The notes beneath the pieces are model-generated. The model was given only the letters and a program-made list of their open reading frames with translations, was not told where the DNA came from and searched no databases. Of a stretch of 64,000 nucleotides of DNA, positions 29,039-37,087 are shown piece by piece. Source of the stretch: Planctomycetota bacterium (lineage in GTDB: Bacteria; Planctomycetota; UBA1135); the NCBI GenBank assembly GCA_030748415.1, contig JASMMA010000005.1:3434-67433 (forward strand), read 5' to 3'. Every line of letters starts with the position of its first letter. Positions within the stretch are counted from its first letter, which is position 1. A program made the position numbers and the translations under genes.

Positions 29039-29335
29039 ATGATGGTGGAAATGAACTCCCCTGCCGTCGAATGCGCCCACTGCGGCTACGAAATTGCCAG
29101 TTTCACGGAAGCTCTTGAAGCCCTAGAAGGGGGCGGCCGATGCCTTCTATGTGGTGGAGATATAGCCAAGGAGGCTCTTGAAAGGGCAGTGGACAACTGG
29201 AGCGACGAGAAGTTGATTCAAGAAGGGAAAAGCCGCGCTGACCAGGAAAGCGAGGTCATGGAAGAAGAAGAGCTCCTCGAAGGCGGCCCCGATTTTGGGG
29301 ATGACGGCGAAGACGAAGAAGATCCCCTTCTTTAG
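29039..29335 (+). CDS. small zinc-ribbon protein with acidic tail
   Basis: CAHCG...CLLCGG forms a CxxC-x(24)-CxxC pattern. The C-terminus is very acidic. It is followed by a terminator. The start is uncertain because it lies only 22 bp from the divergent mgtC start. Confidence 0.5.
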   Translation: MMVEMNSPAVECAHCGYEIASFTEALEALEGGGRCLLCGGDIAKEALERAVDNWSDEKLIQEGKSRADQESEVMEEEELLEGGPDFGDDGEDEEDPLL

Positions 29336-29338
29336 GGC

Positions 29339-29357
29339 CTGCCGTTCCGGCAGTTTT
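29339..29357 (+). terminator. short intrinsic terminator
   Basis: The stem CTGCCG/CGGCAG has a 3-nt loop and is followed by TTTT. Confidence 0.45.
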
Positions 29358-29439
29358 GGGGCCATCGGGTAGGGGCATAGACAGCCCTAACTGATTGTAT
29401 TTCATTAACTTAGGTCTTCCTTGGCGGCTAGGGCCCAAG

Positions 29440-29455
29440 TGGCACAAAGCTTGCA
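29440..29455 (+). promoter_or_regulatory. sigma-54 (-24/-12) promoter
   Basis: TGGCACaaagcTTGCA matches the consensus TGGCAC-N5-TTGCW with the exact GG-N10-GC spacing. It ends 15 nt before the receiver gene ATG. Confidence 0.55.
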
Positions 29456-29470
29456 CACTTCCCTAGGACC

Positions 29471-29878
29471 ATGTCGTACCGCATCCTCATTGCCGACGAT
29501 TCCTCCGACTGCCGACGGGCCATGGCTGACCTGTTGGATTCGGCTGGGTTCCTCGTGGAGCAAGCCGAAGATGGCTCCGCCGCCCTTCAACGGCTTCTGG
29601 AGACGGCCTACGACCTTTCCCTGCTGGACATGCACATGCCTGCCCTTACTGGCCTTGAGGTTCTTACCCAACTTCAGCACAGCGGAGTCCGCACCCCCAG
29701 CATTCTCATGACGGGCCATCCATCGCGAGCCATCGAAGCTGCTGCTCTTGAAGCGGGTGCGCGGACCATGCTCCGGAAACCCATCCCTGCCGAGATTCTC
29801 CGAATCACGGTTCAAACCATCGTTTGTGAAATTCACGGCCCCGAAGGTGGGCCCCACCCCGGCCCCCATCGGGCTTGA
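29471..29878 (+). CDS. single-domain CheY-like response regulator
   Basis: All receiver residues are present: the ADD acidic pocket, LLDMHMP (phospho-Asp), MTG (Thr) and RKP (Lys). There is no output domain. Confidence 0.85.
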   Translation: MSYRILIADDSSDCRRAMADLLDSAGFLVEQAEDGSAALQRLLETAYDLSLLDMHMPALTGLEVLTQLQHSGVRTPSILMTGHPSRAIEAAALEAGARTMLRKPIPAEILRITVQTIVCEIHGPEGGPHPGPHRA

Positions 29879-29918
29879 CCTTAGCGCTCAATACCGCGCA
29901 CAACCCCTAAATAAAAAC

Positions 29919-30227
29919 ATGGCCGACACTGCCAACAAAGTTGCTATCCGTCCCCTTGGCGACAAGGTTCTTGTCCAACGCACCGAAGCTGCCGAAATCA
30001 GCGCCGGAGGCATTGTTCTTCCTGACTCTGCGAAAGAAAAGCCAAAGGAAGGCACCATCATTGCACTCGGCGAAGGCCGCATGCTTGAAGACGGTAACCG
30101 CACCGAGTTCACTGTAAAGATGGGCGACACCGTTCTCTTTACCTCCTACGCCGGCACTGAAGTGAAGTGGAACGACGAGGAGTATCTCATTTTGTCCGAG
30201 GAAGACATTCTCGGAATCGTCGGCTAA
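29919..30227 (+). CDS. groES: co-chaperonin GroES
   Basis: It has IRPLGDKVLVQR, GGIVLPDSAKEKP and the typical 102-aa length. Confidence 0.95.
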   Translation: MADTANKVAIRPLGDKVLVQRTEAAEISAGGIVLPDSAKEKPKEGTIIALGEGRMLEDGNRTEFTVKMGDTVLFTSYAGTEVKWNDEEYLILSEEDILGIVG

Positions 30228-30260
30228 TCGAAGCCTAAATCATCAACATAGGAAATAAAA

Positions 30261-31931
30261 ATGGCTGCTAAAAAAATCGCCTACGACCAAGATGCTCGCG
30301 AGCACATTCATGCCGGCATCAGCAAACTTGCTGCCGCAGTGAAGGTAACCCTCGGCCCTCGCGGACGGAATGTCATCATTGAAAAATCTTTCGGCACACC
30401 AACGGTAACGAAGGATGGTGTTTCGGTTGCAAAAGAGGTTGAACTCGAAGACAAGTACGAGAACATTGGTGCTCAACTTGTGCGCCAGGTTGCCTCAAAA
30501 ACTTCGGACGTCGCTGGCGATGGAACAACCACCGCTACCGTTCTTGCTGAAGCAATCTTTGAAGAAGGTCTGCGCTCGGTAACAGCTGGCGCAAACCCAG
30601 TTGAATTGAAGCGCGGAATGGAAGCCGCTGTTAAAGCTGCTTCTGACTTCCTTCTTGAAAAATCTAACCCTGTCGCCGGCATTCAAGAGATTGAGCAAAT
30701 CGGCACGGTTGCCGCAAACAACGACCCTGAGATTGGTTCCAAACTTGCCGAGGCTTTTGAGCGCGTTGGCAAAGATGGGGTCATTACTGTTGAAGAAGGT
30801 CGCTCACTTGATACTGAAATCGAATGGGTTGAAGGAATGCAATTCGACAAGGGTTATCTTTCCCCGCACTTCTCCACCGACATGGAGCGCATGGAATGTG
30901 TCATGGAAGATCCATACATTTTGATTTTCGAAAAGAAAATCTCGAATGTGCGCGACATGCTTGGCTTGTTGGAAGAAGTTGCCAAGAGCGGAAAGCCACT
31001 TGTCATCATCGCCGAAGATGTTGAAGGTGAAGCTCTTGCAACTTTGGTTGTCAACAAATTGCGCGGAATCTTTAAGTGCGTTGCCGTGAAAGCTCCAGGC
31101 TTTGGTGATCGCCGGAAAGCCATGATGGAAGATATCGCTGTTTTGACTGGCGGAACTGCTCTCATGGAAGACATGGGTTACAGCCTTGAAAAAGCAGCTT
31201 TGGAGCACTTGGGCACAGCCAAGCGCGTGGTTATCACAAAAGATGACACCACCATTGTTGAAGGTGCTGGTTCTACTGACGCCCTCAAAGCTCGGATGGA
31301 TCAGATTAAGGTTGAAGTGGATAAAGCTACTTCTGATTACGACAAAGAAAAGCTTCTTGAGCGTCAAGCCAAGTTGGCTGGCGGAGTTGCCGTACTGAAT
31401 GTAGGCGCTGCAACCGAAGCTGAAATGAAAGAAAAGAAAGCTCGCGTCGAAGACGCCCTTCACGCTGTTCGCGCAGCTGCTGAGGAAGGAGTTCTCCCTG
31501 GTGGCGGAACCACTTTGGTTCGCGCCCAGGAAATCGTGAACAACCTAAAGCTTGACGGCGACCAAAAGTTTGGCGCTGAAATCATTGCACGCGCCTTGGA
31601 AGCACCGATTCGTCAAATCGCCGCGAATGCCGGCATTGACGGTTCAATCGTTGTGGACCGTGTCCGCGCAGAGAGCAACTTCTCCCATGGCTTCAATGCT
31701 GCAAAAGGTGAGTATGTGGATCTCGTTGCAGATGGTGTCATCGACCCCACCAAAGTTGTTCGTTCGGCCCTGCAAAACGCCGCTTCTGTGAGCACCCTTC
31801 TCCTTACTACCGAGGCCATCGTGACCGAGATTAAGGATGAAGCCCCTGCAATGCCTCCTGCCGGTGGCGGCATGGGTGGAATGGGTGGAATGGGCGGTGG
31901 CATGCCCGGCATGGGCGGAATGGGTTTCTAA
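30261..31931 (+). CDS. groEL: chaperonin GroEL
   Basis: It has [23 protein letters not shown] and a GGM-repeat C-terminus. Confidence 0.98.
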   Translation: MAAKKIAYDQDAREHIHAGISKLAAAVKVTLGPRGRNVIIEKSFGTPTVTKDGVSVAKEVELEDKYENIGAQLVRQVASKTSDVAGDGTTTATVLAEAIFEEGLRSVTAGANPVELKRGMEAAVKAASDFLLEKSNPVAGIQEIEQIGTVAANNDPEIGSKLAEAFERVGKDGVITVEEGRSLDTEIEWVEGMQFDKGYLSPHFSTDMERMECVMEDPYILIFEKKISNVRDMLGLLEEVAKSGKPLVIIAEDVEGEALATLVVNKLRGIFKCVAVKAPGFGDRRKAMMEDIAVLTGGTALMEDMGYSLEKAALEHLGTAKRVVITKDDTTIVEGAGSTDALKARMDQIKVEVDKATSDYDKEKLLERQAKLAGGVAVLNVGAATEAEMKEKKARVEDALHAVRAAAEEGVLPGGGTTLVRAQEIVNNLKLDGDQKFGAEIIARALEAPIRQIAANAGIDGSIVVDRVRAESNFSHGFNAAKGEYVDLVADGVIDPTKVVRSALQNAASVSTLLLTTEAIVTEIKDEAPAMPPAGGGMGGMGGMGGGMPGMGGMGF

Positions 31932-31980
31932 AAGACCCCTCCTTCGCCGCTGCAGCACCCATGTAGCGAAAAGAAACATA

Positions 31981-32012
31981 ACGGCGACCCCCTTCCAAGG
32001 GTCGCCGTTTGC
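31981..32012 (+). terminator. hairpin after groEL (weak U-tract)
   Basis: A perfect 10-bp stem, ACGGCGACCC/GGGTCGCCGT, has an 8-nt loop. Only TTT follows it. Confidence 0.45.
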
Positions 32013-32053
32013 GTCAGAATCGGGGTGGCCCCTCGCAAAGCCCAACACTCCCC

Positions 32054-32458
32054 TTGAAGGCAATCGCCTTTCTTACCTTTCTCCTAGCTGGTTGGTTACC
32101 GGCAACCGATTACCATGTTTCCCCCTTCGGTGACGATGTCACTGGAGATGGGAGCCTTCTTTCGCCATGGAGAAGTGTGACCCAAGCCACAACTGCTGTG
32201 GTAAGCGGGGACCGAATTCTGGTTGGCGGCGGAACCTATGACAGCTTTTCTGGTGAGTCCTTCCCCATCACAAGTGGAGACCACAAGAATTTCTCCTGTT
32301 CGGATTGCCATCTAATTCCCAATAATTTTGTTAGCTTCTCTTGTACTCATTGCCACGAACATCGGCAATCAAAAATGGATGATGAGCATGACGATGGATC
32401 AGGCTACATATGGGAAAGTTCAGCTTGCCTCAGTTGCCATCCCAACGGGCGAGACTAA
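32054..32458 (+). CDS. exported tri-haem c-type cytochrome with beta-helix-type N-terminal segment
   Basis: It has three CxxCH motifs: CSDCH, CTHCH and CLSCH. The in-frame TTG at 32054 gives the signal peptide MKAIAFLTFLLAGW. The track ATG at 32009 lies inside the groEL terminator hairpin. Confidence 0.65.
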   Translation: MKAIAFLTFLLAGWLPATDYHVSPFGDDVTGDGSLLSPWRSVTQATTAVVSGDRILVGGGTYDSFSGESFPITSGDHKNFSCSDCHLIPNNFVSFSCTHCHEHRQSKMDDEHDDGSGYIWESSACLSCHPNGRD

Positions 32459-32460
32459 TG

Positions 32461-33612
32461 CTAAAAACTCCAGTGCAAACGGACTTGAAAAGCGCTTGAG
32501 TTTCCGACTCCATTGACCTGAATCCGATTGGATTCGATGCGCAGAATGTGGTTGGGTTTCATGTGCACATTGAGCGCAAGGGAGTTCACTTTGCCGGTTC
32601 CTGCCTGGATGTTGCCCGAGTTGAGGTCTGCCCAGGAAGAGCGAATGGACAACTCCCAGATACTGGGAACCCCTGTTAGCTCTCGTCGAAAACGCGGTGC
32701 ATCAAACGCAACACGGCCCGGAATAATACTTCGGCTACCTCCTCGAAAAACCCAACCTAATTGCGCAGAACCAGAAAGAAAATTGTGGTCTTCAATGCCT
32801 CCACGATCAACTGTGGTAGAAACTTCGGCAAGCGCTGTAAGGGTTTGGGTGGTTGCGGCCGCTTCCAAGCTAAGTTGTTGAACACTTTTAGCTTGGATGG
32901 GACCCGTTGCAAGTAGTGTTGGAAAAGTTGAGACTTCACCACCGATGTTGAGGGAGTAAAAGTTCTCTTCGGGAAACCGCAAACTCGCACTTAGCCCCGA
33001 ACTTGCTTGTACATTGGAAAAACTCATCGGCATAAAATCAAAATCTCCTTCGTAGTGCCAATGCATCCGACCAGTAATCGCTTTCGCCGTTTCTCCCCCA
33101 TTTTCAAAATCCAGGGAAGGTTCTGAAGTTGCCCAAAATGCCCCCAAGGCCCAACTTCGGCTTGCATGTTTTTCATAATCCCAGGCCATAACACCGAGAT
33201 TTCGACCAGGAGAAAAATCCGTAGTCAAGGAGCGCTCCAAAAACAAAATGTTGTCGCTGGGGGTCAGCGCTTCGAACGAAAAGGGTTCCCGGAAGTGGCC
33301 GAACCGGAGGTGGCCTGGGCCACTCCACTCTTTTCGGTCTATGTAAAAATCTTTAAATCCCTTAGAGCGGAAATCGACTGTTGAACGAAAATGAGCAGAG
33401 TCGTTCTCACTTGAAAAGCTCAACCGAAGCCGTCGCGTTTCCCGTTCATCTTTCAAGTCGCCATAGCTGGTGACGAAACCGGGCTGAGGGTTGAAAAAAA
33501 CAGCATCAAGCTCCACTTTCCCGCTGATTTCTAATGGAGGTCTTCCCACATCCTGCGCATGCGACGCACCTAAGAAAGTAAGGCTGAGAAAAGCGGTGAG
33601 GAAAATTCTCAC
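32461..33612 (-). CDS. outer-membrane porin, phosphate-selective porin O/P (OprO/OprP) family
   Basis: It has a signal peptide and RRLRLSF...FKDFYIDRK...LRFGHFREPFSFE...FLERS, matching the Porin_O_P pattern. The C-terminal residue is Phe. The GTG start forms a GTGA overlap with the upstream stop. Confidence 0.8.
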   Translation of the reverse strand: MRIFLTAFLSLTFLGASHAQDVGRPPLEISGKVELDAVFFNPQPGFVTSYGDLKDERETRRLRLSFSSENDSAHFRSTVDFRSKGFKDFYIDRKEWSGPGHLRFGHFREPFSFEALTPSDNILFLERSLTTDFSPGRNLGVMAWDYEKHASRSWALGAFWATSEPSLDFENGGETAKAITGRMHWHYEGDFDFMPMSFSNVQASSGLSASLRFPEENFYSLNIGGEVSTFPTLLATGPIQAKSVQQLSLEAAATTQTLTALAEVSTTVDRGGIEDHNFLSGSAQLGWVFRGGSRSIIPGRVAFDAPRFRRELTGVPSIWELSIRSSWADLNSGNIQAGTGKVNSLALNVHMKPNHILRIESNRIQVNGVGNSSAFQVRLHWSF

Positions 33613-34340
33613 CGAGGCCTCTTCTTTTTACGGCGGCGCTTAGGGTCTTCAGCAGTGGGTTCAGGTTTGCGGAAAATGACCAAGTGTTGGAACCCACGCA
33701 GAAAGAAGTTGGTCTCTTCAGCGGCCTTGTGGTAGTTGCCTTTATCTAAATCCTTATTCCCTCGGACAACTGCAATGTGGTCCACAATTTCAGCAATCTG
33801 GGAAAGCATGAAAATAAACTGTGCACCAATTGGCGTGAAACCTTTTCGGTGCCAGATGTCGGCGGCGTAAACGGCCCCACACTTTCCAGGCTTGAGCACG
33901 CGCCACATTTCTTCAAAAACCTTACCCATTTCTTGAAAATAGGCCTCTTCCCGAGCGCTTAACTCCCCAATGCAATCTCGGCTGCCGGAGTAGCGCAGGT
34001 TTCGGCCATAAGGTGGATCCACGAAAACAAAGTCGGCACAATCATCTTCGATAGGAAGTTCTCGAGCATCTGCTTCCTGCACTTCGGGGTGATGTGGCTG
34101 AAGGTCAAAGCCTATACCCTTGCGCCCTATGTCAGCGCATACATCGAGGGTTGTCCCGGAACCGCACATGGGGTCCACCACAACTTCACCGGACTGGGTG
34201 TAACGCTGAAGCAAATTCCAAATGACCCAGGATGGGGTCGCACCCCGGTAATCCTGCGAACCTTGCTCGCCCTTTCCATAATGCTGGGAAGGGTATTGCC
34301 AAAGAGTGGTAGTTTGAAGGCTTAGTTTGGGGCTGGGCAT
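33609..34340 (-). CDS. SAM-dependent methyltransferase with DPPY motif (DNA N6/N4- or RNA-amino-methylase-like)
   Basis: Motif I is VVDPMCGSGTTLDV, followed by FVFVDPPYGRNLRY. The tail is basic. No restriction enzyme gene is adjacent. Confidence 0.8.
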   Translation of the reverse strand: MPSPKLSLQTTTLWQYPSQHYGKGEQGSQDYRGATPSWVIWNLLQRYTQSGEVVVDPMCGSGTTLDVCADIGRKGIGFDLQPHHPEVQEADARELPIEDDCADFVFVDPPYGRNLRYSGSRDCIGELSAREEAYFQEMGKVFEEMWRVLKPGKCGAVYAADIWHRKGFTPIGAQFIFMLSQIAEIVDHIAVVRGNKDLDKGNYHKAAEETNFFLRGFQHLVIFRKPEPTAEDPKRRRKKKRPR

Positions 34341-34342
34341 TT

Positions 34343-37087
34343 CTACAGGTGATAAGCCGAATCGGCGGGCCGGACTGCGCGGGCGAAGTGGAGGGGGCGG
34401 CGAAGGCCGTTAGTTGGCTTGCACTCGCTTTGCTCTAACCACTCACGGAACACCTTCATAGACCGGCGTGTGTCCACTTCAATGTCACCATAGCAATCAC
34501 CCGAGATTGCTTTGGTTACGACTACTTTTTGGTGCCAGCAATGCATGCCGGATACGGGGTCGGGTTGAACAGGAAACGTAAGGTTTTGATGAACACCCCC
34601 CTCGGTCCACCAGATGCGGCTCGAGTCGGGATCCTCAGAAGAGAAGGGCGCAATGTCGGTCAGGCGCCGCATTTTCCAAATACCTGGTTCTGGATTGTCC
34701 ACCTGAACAGTGGGCGATGCCCATCGGTCTGTGCCTCCTTCGCCACTTTGAATTCTCCACCGACCCAAGTGATGCGAACAAGCCACAACCCCAGGGCGAA
34801 TGCCCTCTGTAACCCAAGCTTTATTCACAAAATACCCGATGCGTGTTGAAACTCGAACCAGGTCCCCAGATTCCACGCCAACCCGAGCGGCGTCGGTTGG
34901 GTTCATCCAAACGGGGTTCGTGTTCGACAGTTCGGCTAACCATTTTGAGTTTGCGGAACGCGTGTGAATCAGAGTTGGGATTCTGAATGTAGGCACCAAG
35001 GCCATCTCACCCGCTGTTTGATCCATATCACTAAATCGAATGTGGCTCGGCAAATACTTTGGGAGTGCATGCTGTTCCACTCCCCACTCTTTCATGGTTG
35101 GAGACCAAACCTCCAACTTTCGAGAGGGGGTGTTAAAGCCAGCAAGTCGCTTGCCGCAAATATCAATACCAGGTTTATCAGCAGAAACCTCTTTAAGGTG
35201 AGCCGCCACAGACCCATCGGGCTCCACTTCAAAGACCCCGTACTGCCGCATGTAATCCATCGGGCTCAAGCCCTCTTTTTCAGCTGCTTCGGGTAACCCG
35301 GGAACAGAGTTTTCAAAAATCCAACGGTAATACTCTTCAGAAGTGACGCGCTCACCTGGGCGATACGGGGATTCGAACCATTTTCGGATTCCAAGAGAGC
35401 CGTCCTCGTCAATCGCCCATGAAAGGGCAATCCAAAACTCATCCTCTTCCCAGACTTCTCCGGGATTGGCTTGCCAGGTCCACTCAATCTTTTCGCCATC
35501 GGCTTCGCGGGAAACTCGGAGAACCGGTTGTCTAAAACCAATCCACTTTCCAGCATGGGTTTCTTGACTCATGATGTCGTGCCGCTCTGAGGCCAGGCCC
35601 ATGGGTAGAACCCAGTCCGCATAGATCGCGGTTTCACTCCAAGTCGGAGTCAGTGCTACATGACATCCGACCAAAGATTCATCCGACAGTACCTCCATCC
35701 ATGCGCACCCATCTGGGTTGGTCCACACGGGGTTGTAAACACGGGTGAAATAAGTGTCGAGTTTTCCTCTACCATCCATCAGGAGGTGTGGAAGGAGGAA
35801 GCTTAATTCATGGTGAGAAAGTGGCCACTCTTTTGGGTAAAGGAGTTCATTCCAAACCGTTTGTGGCGGTGGCTTCACAAATGGAGCGGGAACAAACTTG
35901 TTGTCAGAGTGGAGAAAAGTTCCGCCTGGTGTTCCAACCGAACCGGTCAGTACAGTTAAGAACTGTAAACACCTTGCAACTTGCCAACCACCACGATTCC
36001 CAGATGCCGCGTTGCGCCAAACATGAGAAGCAAAGGCGCCGCGCGCTTTTCCGATTTCTTGTCCAACCGCAACTACAGCTGAGGCTTCAATTCCACATTC
36101 TTCAGCCGTTCTTTCTGGAGTCCATTCTTCAACGAGGCTCTTCAAGCTCTCCAGAAACCGTTCGAACGAAGGTGCCTCACCCGGGTATTCCGCGAGCATC
36201 CAATCTTCCCAATTAGTCCAGGTGCGTAAATATTCCTGATCTTCAAGGCCTTCTTTCAAAATCACGCGAGCAAAACCCAGCAATAAGGCTGCCTCCGAAC
36301 CCGGATGCGTTGCAAGCCAATAATCACTCATGGAGGCGGTATTGGAAAGCCGAACATCCACGGTCGCGATTTTCGCGCCGGACATTTTGGCTTCCATAAT
36401 TCTCTGTGCATGAGGATTGAAATAGTGGCCTGTTTCCAAATGCGCGCTCAAGAGCAAGATAAACTTCGCTCGAGCATGGTCAGGGGAAGGGCGGTCGCTA
36501 CCCGACCACAAGCTATAACCCAAACGAGCCGCGCCTGAACAAACATTGGTATGGCTGTTGTGGCCGTCCACACCCCATGCTTGAAGAACACGGTCCATAT
36601 AACCGTCTGCCCCAGGCCGACCGACATGGTACATCACTTCGGTTCGGCGGTTTTCTTGAAGCGCTTTTCGAATCCGTGGAGCGATTGCTGCAATCACATC
36701 ATCCCAAGTAGCTCGTTCAAACTTACCCTCCCCCCGCTTTCCAACTCGACGCATCGGGTAAAGGATTCGTTGTGGGTCTTGAATCTGATTTAGGGTCGCA
36801 GGCCCTTTTGCACAGTTTCGCCCGCGCGACCCGGGGTGGTAGGGGTTGCCTTCAAACTTCCGAACCTCGCCCGTTTCTTTATCAACATAGGAAATCAACC
36901 CACAGCCGGCCTCGCAGTTAAAGCAAATAGTTGGAACAATGCGGTAATGCTTTTCAACGCGCTTTGGCCATGCTTTTGAATCGAGCTCTACCCAATCATC
37001 CCACTTATCTTTCGGCGGGCAAGACTCGAGGGTCGTGGTTTGCCACTCTTCACCTGATGGCGCAACTTGGGAAAGGTCCATTTTCAT
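34343..37087 (-). CDS. molybdopterin (MopB superfamily) oxidoreductase catalytic subunit, no Tat signal
   Basis: The N-terminal 4Fe-4S motif is CFNCEAGCG...C. The protein is large, 915 aa from the ATG at 37087, which forms an ATGA overlap with the upstream stop. There is no twin-arginine motif. Confidence 0.9.
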   Translation of the reverse strand: MKMDLSQVAPSGEEWQTTTLESCPPKDKWDDWVELDSKAWPKRVEKHYRIVPTICFNCEAGCGLISYVDKETGEVRKFEGNPYHPGSRGRNCAKGPATLNQIQDPQRILYPMRRVGKRGEGKFERATWDDVIAAIAPRIRKALQENRRTEVMYHVGRPGADGYMDRVLQAWGVDGHNSHTNVCSGAARLGYSLWSGSDRPSPDHARAKFILLLSAHLETGHYFNPHAQRIMEAKMSGAKIATVDVRLSNTASMSDYWLATHPGSEAALLLGFARVILKEGLEDQEYLRTWTNWEDWMLAEYPGEAPSFERFLESLKSLVEEWTPERTAEECGIEASAVVAVGQEIGKARGAFASHVWRNAASGNRGGWQVARCLQFLTVLTGSVGTPGGTFLHSDNKFVPAPFVKPPPQTVWNELLYPKEWPLSHHELSFLLPHLLMDGRGKLDTYFTRVYNPVWTNPDGCAWMEVLSDESLVGCHVALTPTWSETAIYADWVLPMGLASERHDIMSQETHAGKWIGFRQPVLRVSREADGEKIEWTWQANPGEVWEEDEFWIALSWAIDEDGSLGIRKWFESPYRPGERVTSEEYYRWIFENSVPGLPEAAEKEGLSPMDYMRQYGVFEVEPDGSVAAHLKEVSADKPGIDICGKRLAGFNTPSRKLEVWSPTMKEWGVEQHALPKYLPSHIRFSDMDQTAGEMALVPTFRIPTLIHTRSANSKWLAELSNTNPVWMNPTDAARVGVESGDLVRVSTRIGYFVNKAWVTEGIRPGVVACSHHLGRWRIQSGEGGTDRWASPTVQVDNPEPGIWKMRRLTDIAPFSSEDPDSSRIWWTEGGVHQNLTFPVQPDPVSGMHCWHQKVVVTKAISGDCYGDIEVDTRRSMKVFREWLEQSECKPTNGLRRPLHFARAVRPADSAYHL

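Noticed and set aside
29881-29889. TTAGCGCTC just upstream of groES resembles the left arm of the HrcA CIRCE operator.
   Set aside because: The required right arm (GAGTGCTAA after 9 nt) is absent, since the sequence there is CACAACCCC. It is not a functional inverted repeat.
30804-31463. A 219-aa antisense ORF lies inside groEL. Similar long shadow ORFs lie opposite ygfZ, priA, glnA, the sodium:solute symporter and the molybdoenzyme genes.
   Set aside because: They lie opposite strongly supported genes and have no independent motifs. They are typical antisense open frames.
35361-35390. GGGGATTCGAACC looks like a tRNA T-arm.
   Set aside because: It is inside the molybdoenzyme coding sequence, and no acceptor or anticodon stems can be built around it.
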